A stretch of DNA of 64,000 nt from the NCBI GenBank assembly GCA_016906335.1, contig JADEYG010000009.1, positions 744,001-808,000 of the forward strand, written 5' to 3'. Positions 10,593 to 23,689 of this stretch are shown here, piece after piece. Every line of letters begins with the position of its first letter. Within the stretch, counting starts at the first letter, position 1. A program made the translations under genes and the position numbers. The notes beneath the pieces are model-generated. The model saw only the letters and a list, made by a program, of their open reading frames with translations, made no database searches and had not been told where the DNA came from. The stretch comes from Novakomyces olei (lineage: Eukaryota).

Positions 10593-13500
10593 TTACGGCT
10601 TCTCCCTGAGCACGAGACCGTTCAGAACGTTATCCAGCTCGTGGATATCCTTCCACCAAACGTGCCGCGGCCGTCGGAACTCGTGTTCCGTGTCGTGCAG
10701 CTCGAGTTCGTGAATCGGAGAGAAGGTGACAGAGGCTCCACGGATGCCGATAACAGCAGCGGACTGGGAGGCAGCTCCGAGCCCCTTGTCTGCGCAGTCG
10801 GTAATAAACTCTACGCATTTAAGAGCCAGTCGGGAGGCACGAGCCCGGTCCATAGGCGAAGGCGTCCCACCCTGCTGCACGTGACCCGGGACGGCAGTTC
10901 GGCTCTCGAACCTTCCTTTGGCCTCTTCACGGATGATATCGGCAATAACCTGAGTAGTGTAGACGGCGGAGGACTTTTCGTTGCGGATAATGAGCTTACC
11001 CGCCCTATTCATGCCCCTATCGATGGCAAAACTGCGTCGCAAATGGTCTATATCCTCCTCCAGCCGGCGCAAAGAGATCCCCTGCTCTGGCGTATAAACG
11101 GCAATAGCACCGACAATAAGACCCGCCATAACGGCAACGTACCCCGACCTGCCACCTTGAACTTCGCAGACAAAGACCCTTCTCCGGCTGGCACTGGCCG
11201 ACTGCTTTATAGCATCGCAGTACGTCATTATAGCGTTCAGGCAGGTATCGCTGCCGATGGAAAAGTCTGTGCCTGGAACATTATTTGAAATAGTGGCAGG
11301 AAGGCACACCATTGGAATCCTAAAGGCAGGGTAGTTTGTACGGGCCGAGTAGAGCTGGTAAAGGGCCGTGTACGCCTCAAAGCCGCCTACAATCATGAGC
11401 GCATGGAACCTGTGCTTTTGTACGAGCCAGGCGATATAGCCCAAGTCCATTTCGGGCAGAGCTCTGTTTGTGCCAATCTCGCTGCCTCCGTACATTGACC
11501 ATCCATCCGTACTCGACCAGTCCAATTCCCTCACTGCCTCCTCGTCGTGCCTCAGAAAGCCGGGGAACCCGTTGTTTACGGCAAAGGGACGGTGGCCCCG
11601 GGCAATAAGAGACCGGGCAGCTGCTCTTGTAGCTGCATTCATCCCACCGGCAGGAGCTCCAACGTGGATAATTGCCACCCGCAGCTGTCCAGCGTGTGGT
11701 GGGATGGCTCTGTCGTACCGCATCAGCGTCGTCTGCGTAAACGTGGCATAAACCTCGGCAAACTCGGGATCTCTCAGCCGCATTGCCTTTGCAAAATCTC
11801 GCTCGCTGATAGCGTCAGCTACACTTTTAGTCAGCTTCACTGACGTCATCAGGTCCTTGCGAGTAATCTTGTTTTCGTTGATGGCAATCATAGGACTCGG
11901 CGTGGCGGGAGTCGATTCGAGGACAGCGTGGACGGCTTCTACGCCCTGCAGAGTTGCCAGCATCCTGTCAAAGGCACAGGGCACTCCTCCACGCTGAATA
12001 TGGCCCAGAGTGGTCACTCTTGTATCGAGGTGCAGGTCTCCACTCAAAATATCTTTTATTCCCTCGGGCGTAATCGGCCTCAGCTCTGCGTCTATGGCGC
12101 CCTCTGCCACAATGACGATAGACTTGCGTTTGCCCAGCCGACGCTGGCTCAGCAGCGTCTCTGACAGCTGCTGACGCCAGTCGGCTCCAGGTGGGATTTC
12201 GGGGACAAAGACATAGTCTGCTCCTGTTGCCACTGCTGCCATCACCGCCAGCCACCCACAGTGCCGGCCCATTACCTCAATGACAAAGGCTCGAGAGTGG
12301 GATACTGCCGTTGAGGAGATACTGTCCACCGCCTCACAGATCCTGTGCAGTGAGGAAAAGGCTCCAATAGTGGCGTCTGTGCAGGACATGTCGTTGTCTA
12401 TCGACCCTACTGCCCCTACAATGGTCAGGTGCTTGAACCTCTCTGCCTCTGCCTCTGTTATTTCTCCTCTTTCCAGCAGCTCTTTCACAAGGCCGGGGTA
12501 CTCGCTCCGGAATATATCGGCCCCAGTAAGCGATCCGTCTCCGCCACACACTATCAGCGAGTCAATCCCAGCAGAGATTAGGTTGCGGGCCGCCCTCAGC
12601 CGGCCCGACCGCTCTTTGAATCCCATAGACCTCGCTGAGCCAATCAGCGTGCCGCCCTCAGAGAGCCAGCCACGTACATCCTCCCACGACATGCGCCGGA
12701 TAAGATCACCGCCCTGGATAAGACCCTCATAGCCCTCAAATATAGCATACGCGTCACAGTCCCGGAAGATTGCCATCCGCACTACTGCTCTCACAAAGGC
12801 ATTCATGCCGGGTGCATCGCCACCGCTCGTTAGTACTCCTATAGATCTCGTGGCCTTGTTGGGAGCTGCGTCTGCTTCACCAGACTGTGACTGTGACTGT
12901 AATTGCTCTTGCTCTGCCGGCCGCTTCGTCTCTTTGGCTCCGGGCTGCGTTTTGGCAAAGACGTTGAGCTTTGTCGTAAAGCCCACTATATTGCCAATTG
13001 GGTCTACCGTGTACACCTCCACCGGGTCGCCACTCGCTGACGACGACGTCTGGTGCGCCAAACCTTCTTTATCGAGCGTCGCGATTACATCCTGGAATTA
13101 GCCGCTGCATGAATGGAAGGTGCGTATAGTTGCCATCCTCGAAATAAATCGGACGAATTGAGTGGAACGAAATTGATGTGGAAATAAATTGATGTGGAAA
13201 CAAATTGATGTGGAACAAATTGATGTGACACAAATTGATGTGGAACAAATTGATGTGGAACAAATTGATGTGGAACAAATTGATGTGGAAACGTAAATCT
13301 TAAACGTATATCCTGCCAGTTGAAGATATGCAATAGGCATATGTAATAGGCATATGTAATAGTCAATGAAATAGTCGCAATAGTCAACGCACTAAAGCAA
13401 AAGTCATATAGAAATAGAAATAAATAGTCACACAGTGTCAACAAAACGCAAAAAAGCAGTCAAAGACAAAATCATTCAGCATTGGTACGTACATTTATCC

Positions 13501-13846
13501 TGCTGGTATATAGGCACACAGCCTGTGCACTCTCGCGGATATCCGTATGGTCAGAGATAACCGTCGGAGCCGTTGAGCATTTAGCGACCAGTCTCAGTTT
13601 AATTGTCAGACTCTCTCCGTTTGCGGATCCGAAAGAGTGCAGCCAGCGCTCCTTGCGGCTGTTGCGAGGAGCGTCTGGCCGCTGCTGAGGCCCACTGTCC
13701 TCGAAATCAAAGGCGGCAGTTTCAACCAGCCCAAACTCAATGTAGAATCGAACTGTGCGGAAAAAGGCATCCTCGTCGCTCGTCACTAGCGACACATACG
13801 AGACACCGTGCGTCAAGTCGCCTTTGTCCTCTTCGACGTTTGCCAT
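10593..13846 (-). CDS. PFK1: ATP-dependent 6-phosphofructokinase with N-terminal yeast-type extension, 2 exons
   Basis: [37 protein letters not shown] and the duplicated regulatory half. Exon 1 (13493-13846) joins via a GTACGT...CTAAT...CAG intron (13092-13492) to give ...[14 protein letters not shown].... Confidence 0.95.
13155..13292. repeat. 15-16 bp tandem repeat (AAATTGATGTGGAAC), 8 copies plus one degenerate, inside the PFK1 intron
   Basis: Counted directly; head-to-tail with no spacers. Confidence 0.9.
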
Positions 13847-14392
13847 TCTAACGTCTGCAGCGGCAAATGTTTCAGCAATGGCTCTTGGAAATGGCAGTTT
13901 ATCGAAATTTGTAAATGATTTGTCCGTTATACGAAATTATACTAATACGCTTAACGGCGTATGACAGACTGAATCCAACTATAATGTTGTACTAAATAGC
14001 CTGCATGAAATTGTATTATATAATTACGATTGTAATAATTACGATTGTAATAATTACGATTGTAATAATTATTGTAGTAATTATTCTAAATAATATATAA
14101 ATTGTTGTTAGCTAGAACTTGGTTACTATGAAGAGGTTAATCCTCAATATATATGTCGAGCTAACCCTAAACCTAAGTACTTCCAAATTGTTGGTGTAAG
14201 TAATTATTATAGCATGTAACAAATACCTCAACATAAATATTACATCACAAATAATTACTGTTATAAGCAATTACTATTATAAACAAATCCTACAGGGCTA
14301 TGTCTCAGTCTTTTATCTAAATTATACTAAATTGATGATAGAATAGATAAAATTCCAAAACTGCCGGTGAGCCACCGACTCTCTTTGCCAAA

Positions 14393-16092
14393 ATGGCCTT
14401 TACGGTCGGCATTATTGGTATGGGCGATATGGGCAAAATGTACGCGTGGCGTATTAGCCGCGCAGGCTGGCCCGTAGTAGCGTGCGATCTTCCGGACAAG
14501 CTGGAAGCTTTACGCGCAATGTTTGATGGTACGTTTTAGACAGAGTGTCTAGTCGACACGCAAAGCTGTGTCCGCCAATCGGCCCCTACTTATTCGTGCA
14601 GGCTCAGGTGTGGAAATCCTCGAAAATGGGCATTTGGTCTCGCGCAAGAGCGATTACACGATATACATGGTGGAGGCAGAGCAAATTCAGCGTGTAGTGA
14701 AAATGTATGGCCCATCCACAAAATGCAATGCAATTGTCGGCGGACAAACGTCCTGCAAGGCACCTGAAATGGAAGCCTTCGACTCCTTTTTGCCTAATGA
14801 CGTGTCTATCGTGTCCTGCCACACGATGCACGGGCCCAGTGTTGATCCTACTGGACAGCCTTTGGTCATTGTACCGCATCGCGCAAGCGAGGACCAGATA
14901 CTAAAGGTGGAGAGCATTTTATCCTGTTTCAATTCAGCAATGGTGCGGCTTTCGGCTCGAGAACACGATAAAATGACGGCTGACACGCAAGCTGTTATAC
15001 ACGCGGCGTTTTTGAGGTGAGCTGTCCCTCATCGTCTATTTGCTCACAGTTTACTTGCCTTACGATTTTCATTTTATTTTCTGCCAATTTTCGTACTTTT
15101 CAATTTCATGTTTTTTAATTTTCCTATTTTCAATTTTCCTACTTTTCAATTGTCTTGCTAATGCCAGCATGGGCAAAGCCTGGCAGGCTAATGGGCAGTA
15201 CCCTTGGGAACTACATCGGTTCGTTGGCGGGATTGAAAATGTAAAGATTAACGTCACATTACGTATCTTCTCTAATAAATGGCACGTGTACGCTGGCCTG
15301 GCTATCCTCAATCCTGCCGCACAAGACCAAATTCGGGAGTATGCAAAGTCTGTAACGGAGCTTTACACGCTCTTGCTCGAACGCAAGCACAGCGAGTTTG
15401 AAGAAAGGGTTCGAACCGCCGGAAACGCCGTCTTTCCTTTTGACGCAGACCATAAACTGCTTCTACGCGATCAAGTGTTGGACAGGTACAGTTTAAGTTC
15501 CATCCCAAAAGAAGCAAGAAAACCAAATAACCAGCTTTCCCTGCTGGCTATGGTCGATTGTTGGTGGAGGCTTCGTATCGACCCGTACTCACGCATGATT
15601 TGCTCGACTCCAGTAAGTAAACTGCAAAAGCGATAAAATAATAATAAACGTATACACATAGGGGTCAATACAAAAACATTAAAATAAAATAAAGAAAGAG
15701 GAATAAAAGAGGGGGCAAATGAAAAAAAAAAAAAAAAAGGCTAATTTGTTTAGCTTTTCCGGTTATGGCTTGGTGTGAGTGAGTACATTTTCCGTCAGTC
15801 TGCCGTACTGAATGAAACGATACACACAGCAGTGACAGACGAGTCGTTTAGAGCCGATGATTTGGAATTCACGATTGCTGCACGAGTAAGTACAACATTC
15901 TGTTTGACGATATCTAACCCATTTCTCCTTTGTTTCTCATAGGAATGGAGCACATGCGTCTCCAATGGCAACTTTGATTCGTTCAGAACGAGTTTTGAAA
16001 GCGCCCAGAATTACTTTGCGCCCAGAATTAAAGAAGCGAACCAAATCGGCAACGCCATGATCAAGACTATACTAGCCAAGACTCAATCATGA
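14393..16092 (+). CDS. TYR1: Prephenate dehydrogenase, 5 exons
   Basis: MAFTVGIIGMGDMGKMYA Rossmann motif, GGQTSCKAPE, CHTMHGP, HDKMTADTQAVIHAAF, GGIENVKIN. Stop TGA at 16090-16092. Confidence 0.93.
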
Positions 16093-16138
16093 GTCTATTC
16101 TCTCTTCAGATATCAGTTTGCCTGGCGTTAGAGAAATT

Positions 16139-17887
16139 CTAGTTGACACTTTCGCCGTTCGATTGAGAAATATCGTCTGCCGAGTCTGTTAAACTATGCG
16201 AGATTAGCTCGTTCTTATTTTTGCGCTTTACCTAAAAGTCTTCACTAGCGAACAATCACCGCCATGCTCGAAATTCATTTCGTATTGGTAAAAATATCCC
16301 GATTCTGTCGCAACCATCACGCTGGTTGGATTTCTATGATAATTAGTGCTTTTAGGTTCTCGTGTTGTTTTCGTTTTTTTTTTCTTTTCTTTTTAAATTT
16401 AATTCTTTTTTCAATAATGCAAACTTACTGCCCAATGGCAACAATACTCTTCTGATTGCTTTGACCCTGTGGCAGTTTCAAGGAGGCAAAGTCGCGTTCA
16501 GGCTCCCACATTTCCGATATGTGCGAGGGTAAATAGCCTCCCACTGCGCCGGCCAAACTGCGACCTAAGGACTGACTTGATTTCCGAATATATCGGCCTA
16601 AATTGCTGGGCTCTGTCCCAGATGGTGATTGAGGTGCCCGGTGATTTGGATATTGAGAGTTCTCCGGCTGCGCTGCGCTCTGCCGTCTCTTGGTCGGCAC
16701 TAGAGAGAATATGTGGATCGTATCCGTATCGGACGAAGCGCAGAGAAACTGAGATGATAAATCAAAGCTGAGAGAGAATATGCGTGCGGGGTAAGTTCCA
16801 CGGCGAAAATGAAACAGCCTTTGAGCCGAGGGCACCGAAAAGACTCGAATCACGGTGCCTTTGTCGGAAGAAGTAGCCATCATTGATCCATCCTTATTAA
16901 TGGCTATCATGCTCACTGGAGATTTGTGAGCTTGCAGCACATTAACAGGCTGCAGAGAAAGTGCATCAAAGATGGTAACATCGCCGGAAATTGTTTGCTG
17001 TCCATGATCGGGGGAGTGTAAAGATGGTCCTAAAACCGGACCAGACGAGGCAGAGGGATAAAGGAGGTAGCAGTTCTCTGAGGATGGTGAAAGAGAGCAG
17101 ACAGCTTTGAAATTTAGCAAGTGTTGGAGAAAAAAGATTGAACTGTAATAATTACAGAATAGGCAAGAGACTGGGGGAAAAATAGAATCACAATATAAAT
17201 TCCATTAATGACCGAAATGAACTAATTGAAGAAAATGTTTAAATTAAGTTAACACCGTAAACTAAAAAATATCATCAAAACCAAGTTCAAGAACAAAATG
17301 TAAAGCAAAATTTTTGCTTTTGGGAAAAAACGATACCTAAAGGGTTTGACGGCATTTGTATCGTATGCAAGAGACGCATGTTACTAATATCATACAGGTA
17401 TATTTGTTCCTCCAAAACAACAACGAGTCGCTTGCGATTCATCTTCACGCCCAAAACAGATGTAGGGAAAGTAAGCTCACATATCTTTGATTGCCGCTGA
17501 TTGAACTAGTAAGCCTTATTGCAATTGCTATCGACGAGGGGAAATAGGGCAATAATCGTCATAAACATGCATCAAATATAATACCTTTGTGTTTACAATC
17601 TGCAGGCGGCGCGGAGAGCCTGGTGAAATATTTACAAGCGCTACTAGAGACGTACAGAAAAGCATCTCCACAATCACACAGCCCTCGCATTCTGTTACAA
17701 CATTAGCTTGTCATTCTAAAATGGTGGGGGAGTACGTTTCGCATAACACTTGCCAAAAGGATCGCAGTTGTATATTTTGTAACCAAAATTGGTACCAACA
17801 GAGAGGCAGCTAGTTTGGTATTAGCAAAGGGTAAACGCATTCGACTTACCTAAAGTCCTGGTTGAATCCAAACACGAGCAGATCCAT
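16139..17887 (-). CDS. ATG18: PROPPIN / WIPI autophagy protein Atg18, about 7 exons
   Basis: Spliced N-terminus [48 protein letters not shown]3P-binding FRRG motif, MWEPERDFA. Confidence 0.93.
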
Positions 17888-17915
17888 GGCCAGGCATGTA
17901 TGTATGTGATACGAG

Positions 17916-18346
<431 letters not shown>

Positions 18347-18605
18347 CTACTGAGCACCTACATTTGGGAGTCTGCACAATCGAACATTTGATGTTCATAT
18401 CTGTTTGTGCTTGCCAGGTCCATGTACTCTCTATTGTCGATTTAAAGCCTCATTGCAGGCATATACATTATTAGTGTAAAAGACGTATAATTTTTGCACT
18501 GCCCAAAAACACAGAATTGGACGGGCGTTTCAGTAGATTATGCATATGATACTACAGCGAGATTCTCGCATCCAATAGAATGAATAACCCTTTGACCCAC
18601 GCTCA

Positions 18606-19010
18606 TCATTTTGCACGCTTGCGGTCCTTCTTTTTCTTTGAGCGATCGCGCTTTTTCAAACTAGTCATTGATTTTCGGCATATTTCTGAATATCGAGTGT
18701 AGAACGTTTCGAGGTTGTTGCGATCCACCAGCGTCGAGATCTTTACTCGACCCGTTTCTTTACCATCTGTCGCTCGTACTAATAGTTGGCGTGATTCTGA
18801 CGCTGCCGGGCGGCCCTCCGCTTCATGGGTATCTATTGGATCAGATAAAGGGGGACATACTTGGCGGGAAAAGCTTACATTGCTTCTGATTGATAAAAAC
18901 CGAGCCCCGTGATTCTTTTGACCCCAATAATCGTTCTAGTTCGGCTAAGAACTTGACTCGTCAGTATTGCAAACATAGATTTGCCTTACCTTATCAATGT
19001 CCAAAAGCAT
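18606..19010 (-). CDS. SRP14: Signal recognition particle subunit SRP14, 3 exons (absent from the ORF track)
   Basis: Spliced translation MLLDIDK|FLAELERLLGSKESRGSVFINQKQ|YTHE...LLVRATDGKETGRVKISTLV...FYTRYSEICRKSMTSLKKRDRSKKKK matches SRP14 hallmarks. Two short GT-AG introns. Confidence 0.92.
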
Positions 19011-19370
19011 TGTCCTCGTCGTGAATGATTTGAATGATTAAATGCTTCTGGTTGACTGTCGCATACAAGGATTTATACATAAAAAAGACTAAACTCGACA
19101 GAATTATACATGTGCTAGCTGTCGTATTATTTATTAATAAATTATACATCGTTATTTTCTTGTTCAATTATTAAAAGTTTGAATGTATATTGCTTTTAGA
19201 TGTCGAGTAATTCCGCAGCGCATAATACCATTTAAATAGACCCAATAAATCAATAATAAATTAATAATAAATAAAATCACGCCCCACTATAATCTCCGAC
19301 CCCAGAATAATTGCACAATATTCATAATTCTTTAGCATCGTCCGAGAACTGATACTTGAAACTGAAGCCC

Positions 19371-20499
19371 ATGAAAGGCGTCGCATTACTCGGAGCTGGC
19401 GCTTGGGTGCGCAATGAATATGTAGCGGCAATAACCGCAGCACGTGCACCATTGAAGGCCGTTTATAGCCGTTCGGAGCCCTCCGCAGTTGGAGTATACG
19501 AATCGCTGTTGTCCACCTACTCTGACCGCACGTACCCGATAGCCCTCTACTTCGACAAGACACGGGATGGAGCCCAGGGCAATGGAGGCCTCGGTGCCCT
19601 TCTTGATCGTGATGATATTGATACTGTTTTAATCGTATTACCGCTTGTTTTACAGCCTTCAATTGTAGAGCTGTGCTTGTCCCGAGGGAAGCATGTCCTC
19701 TCGGAAAAACCGGTCGGCCCGGATGAGCAAGTTGCTTCGGCTTTATACCAAACTTTTAAAGATCAATATGCTCCCAAGGGCCTATTATGGGGGTAAAAGA
19801 GATGCAAAATTAACTTGCTAACAAGTCAGTGTGGCGGAAAACTTTCGTTTCGAGTCTGCTGTGACGTACGCACACAAATTATTACAGCAAACGGCTATTG
19901 GACATTTACATTCCATAAACTTGCAGTATTGGGACATGTTCTCCACGGACAATCCTTATTATACTGATTGGCGCAAGAAACCAGAGTTTGCGGGTGGGTT
20001 TATTCTGGACGCTGGTGTTCATTATGCTGCAGTGGTATGGAGCTTGCGACTTATTTTGTTAAATCATCAGTTCTAACGAGAGCGTTAGATTCGGTATTTG
20101 GCTGCAGGAAACGTTTCTTCTTTATCCGCCGTTACGAACCGATGGTCAAAGCATTTACCGCTACTCGATGTAGCGAATGCAGTCATTAAATTTGACAATA
20201 ATGTGGACGGCAACTTTTCGTTGAACTTGTATTCGGAATGCAAGCGCTTTGAGGTTACATTACTGGGATCTGATGGCCATATAATAATCGATGGCCAGCC
20301 ACTAGAACATCATCGAGTCCGTGCTTTCAAGGCGGGAGAAGGCAACCCATTTTCCGAATGGAGCGGTCCAAGTGACGGAGTGAAGGTTGAAGTTTCTGCT
20401 TTCCTTGAGTCTGTTGATACAGGAAAATTAGACCCTCGACTTTCTCCGGACGAGGCGTATGCTGATCTGCTCAATATTTTGAAAATTGTACGGAGTTAG
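19371..20499 (+). CDS. Gfo/Idh/MocA-family NAD(P)-dependent oxidoreductase, 3 exons
   Basis: VALLGAG Rossmann motif, GKHVLSEKPV, VAENFRF, WRKKPEFAGGFILDAGVH. Confidence 0.88.
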
Positions 20500-21511
20500 T
20501 GCGACCTGGGAATGAAATAACGTGAGATGGATATGATCTATATGCCAGAGCTATGTTCAATGATTACCTAAGCCTAGAATGTAAAAAAGGCCAATACTTG
20601 TGGACTTTGAATAATGTGATAGATGCGGCCCTTTTTATACGAACTTTGTATTGGCGTTTGCTAATTCGAACGAGTAAAACTCAGTGAAACTAAAGCATCG
20701 TAAGTTAAGCCTCTACGCCAGTTGCCTTCCTTAAAACTCTTCCCCAATTTGTCTGTCCAATCACAGTGAGTAATGTAACTGCCTCCAATATATTCAGATT
20801 CCGCTGGATCTTCATTATTTGAATCAAAAGCAGCATCACAAGAAATTTCCATTGCAGCAAGGCTATCACAGTCATTGCCTTCATACCATACAAAGGAAGC
20901 CCTGCACTAAAAAACGCCAAATAAAACCTAAAAACGCCGCGGCAATACCGTCCTGGTACCATTGAGCCTGATTAATGTATAGCAAATACAACAGTCATGC
21001 AATGTTTCCCACACAATAGATCAAAGATTAGACTTTGGCGATTGGGCTGTTCGTTTTGTGCAAAATACTGACAAATACGCCTAAATAGGTAATCGGTCAC
21101 GAGGCAACCCACGCAAGATGCGGGTGAGGCGAGCGATCGCACAAAATTGACAATAGCGAATGGTGGGGAATCTGATAAAGCGCCGCTCGTACTAATTTGC
21201 CTGTCGCAAATGATAAAGACTATCGTTTGAATTTTGATTCAATCAAACGTTGTTTCAGATGTACTTGTGGAATGGCTCGTTATGACAGGGCAGTTTATCA
21301 TACCATCTTTGTATTATGCAAATATAGTATAATATTCTGCACCAAAATAAAAATATTGCAATCCCATATTGTATAGAATCAAGTCATGATAGGGGTGAGC
21401 GAACTCAACAGCCCACGATCCGTTAGTCTATGCGGCACTATATACACTGTTCAGAGGACCAAATAGTATTATATTCAAAAAAAACGAACTTTTACAAAGT
21501 AGAGCTTGGCA

Positions 21512-22287
21512 TTACGATAGAGCCTTAATAATCTCCTCAGCTAGAGGTTTACTGCTGGCCGGATTAGCGCCGGTGATAAGATTCCCATCATGCTCGACTT
21601 TAGGGCCCCAAGGCTGGTCATTCTTGCTGTAGATCGCGCCAAGCTTTTTCAGCTCAGTTTCAACCAGAAAAGGAACTTGATCAGTCATGTTGACAATTTC
21701 TTCCTCTTTATCCGAAAATGACGTCACGTGTTTGCCTTTTACTAGTGGCTCACCTGCCTTGTTTGTCGCGTGGAGCAGGGCAGCAGGTCCGTGACAAACA
21801 GCACTGATAATCTTTCCGGCTTTGTCAAAGTCGGTGATCAATGCCAAACTGGTCTTGTCATTCACCAGATCAAATAAGGGGCCGTGGCCTCCTATAAAGA
21901 ATATGGCATCGAAATCGTCAGCTTTCACGTCCGCTAATTTTCGCGTATTACTATAGACCTGTTTTCCCTCATTTAAAAAGCGGATCGAGTCCTCGTCCTG
22001 CTTGAATGCTTCAACGGATCCGGGGTCGAGCGGTGCTACGCCGCCTTTAGGTGAGGCAAACACCGTATTAAAGCCTGCCTGTTTAAACTTGTAATACGGA
22101 TGGGCCGCTTCCCTATCGTCTGTTGGTATTTGAATTCAATTTAAGGCTTTAAATTTGGGTTTCATTCATTTGTTCTTCATTATTTCAATTATTTTCAGGG
22201 AATTCCTTACGGTAAGAACCAGCCTGACTGTCTGCCATTCGGCAAATGGTCGTGCGAGGTCAAGATAAATAATACTGTTGGAGCCAT
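21512..22287 (-). CDS. DJ-1/PfpI (Hsp31-like) glyoxalase III, 2 exons
   Basis: MAPTVLFILTSHD...GWFLP|EAAHPYY, ASPKGG, GGHGPLFDL, nucleophile elbow AVCHGP, ITGANPASS. Intron 22113-22210. Confidence 0.92.
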
Positions 22288-22381
22288 TGATTCGAATTTC
22301 GGCGTTCTTATTGTAGAATAGCGCTGGCTGGCGTCAAGAATTAGCGTGATAATCACAGAGCTAACGATTGATATTTCGCGC

Positions 22382-22422
22382 TTTTATACTTATGCAAACA
22401 AAACCCATTGATGACGTCATCA
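22382..22422 (-). promoter_or_regulatory. TATA box plus perfect 14-bp ATF/CRE palindrome (TGATGACGTCATCA, 22409-22422) upstream of the DJ-1/Hsp31 gene
   Basis: TATAAAA on the minus strand at 22382-22388. The palindrome contains the ATGACGT (M26) Atf1/Pcr1-type site. Confidence 0.65.
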
Positions 22423-22523
22423 TTAGCAAATTGATGTTCGAACTTGTATTCAATGATACCTAAAGACTATGAATGCTGCTTAGACTAAATCACATGTGCT
22501 TGTGCAAAAACCACGGCTCTTAT

Positions 22524-23604
22524 TTAATAGTCACTGGGCCGATCACCGCTGGAGCCGCCGTAGCCCGTGTTTGACCGGTACGAGTCATTACCAGAGCCGT
22601 ACGAATCATCACGTCCAGAAGAGACATGGCCCTTTGAATGATGACCCTTAGAGCCAAACGAATCGTTTCCAGAACCATATGAATCATTGCCGCTCTGGCC
22701 ATACCCAGAGTTTCCTCCAGAGCCATAAGAGTCATTGCCTCTCTGGCCATATCCAGAGTTCCCTCCGGAACCATATGAATCATTGCCACTTTTGCCATAC
22801 CCAGAACTGCCTCCAGAGCCATATGAATCATTGCCACTTTGGCCATATCCAGAGTTTCCTCCAGAACCATATGAATCATTGCCACTTTGGCCATATCCAG
22901 AGTTCCCTCCAGAACCATATGAATCATTGCCACTTTGGCCATATCCAGAGTTTCCTCCAGAACCATATGAGTCGTTTCCACTTTGGCCATAGCTCGACTT
23001 TCCACCAGAGCCATATGAGTCGTTTCCACTTTGGCCATAGCTCGACTTTCCACCAGAGCCATATGAATCATTTCCACTTTGGCCATATCCAGAGTTTCCT
23101 CCAGAGCCATATGAGTCGTTTCCACTTTGGCCATAGCTCGACTTTCCTCCAGAGCCATATGAATCATTGCCACTTTGGCCATATCCAGAGTTTCCTCCAG
23201 AGCCATATGAGTCGTTTCCACTTTGGCCATAGCTCGACTTTCCTCCAGAGCCATATGAATCATTGCCACTTTGGCCATATCCAGAGTTTCCTCCAGAGCC
23301 ATATGAGTCGTTTCCACTTTGGCCATAGCTCGACTTTCCTCCAGAGCCATATGAATCATTGCCACTTTGGCCATATCCAGAGTTTCCTCCAGAGCCATAT
23401 GAGTCGTTTCCACTTTGGCCATAGTTCGAGTTTCCACCGGAACCATAGGAATCAGAGCCAGAATTACCTCTCCCGTCATTCCCGTAGGAATTGTCGGAGG
23501 ATCGGCCACCGCCTTGGTTGTTCAAGGCCTTCTCGGCCAGATTGGCTCTAAAAATGTTAGCTACATTTCACCAGATTCTCATACGCTTTGTCGAAGAGTC
23601 CCAT
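22524..23604 (-). CDS. Gly/Ser/Tyr/Asn-rich tandem-repeat protein (about 16 copies of SGGNSGYGQSGNDSYG), 2 exons
   Basis: ATG at 23604 and a 37-nt intron 23548-23584 (GTATGA...GCTAAC...TAG) give MGLFDKAANLAEKALNNQGGG.... The 48-nt DNA repeat varies largely at synonymous positions in this frame. Confidence 0.85.
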
Positions 23605-23651
23605 ACTGCAATTTGTGCTCTTTGAAACGAGCCCAACATTGTGCAATGAGC

Positions 23652-23689
23652 TATTTATACAGCTCGTTTAACCTTGGCAACGACGTCAT
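23652..23689 (-). promoter_or_regulatory. TATA box (TATAAATA) and M26/CRE site (ATGACGT) upstream of the GSY-repeat gene
   Basis: Minus-strand TATAAATA at 23652-23659 and ATGACGT at 23683-23689; same layout as the neighbouring DJ-1 promoter. Confidence 0.55.

Noticed and set aside
13155-13292. Regular short repeats resembling a CRISPR array
   Set aside because: Head-to-tail with no unique spacers, inside a eukaryotic intron, and no cas genes.
22520-23551. Long alternative-frame and antisense ORFs over the GSY repeat
   Set aside because: Shadows of the 48-nt repeat. Only the GSY frame has a spliced ATG start and mostly synonymous variation.
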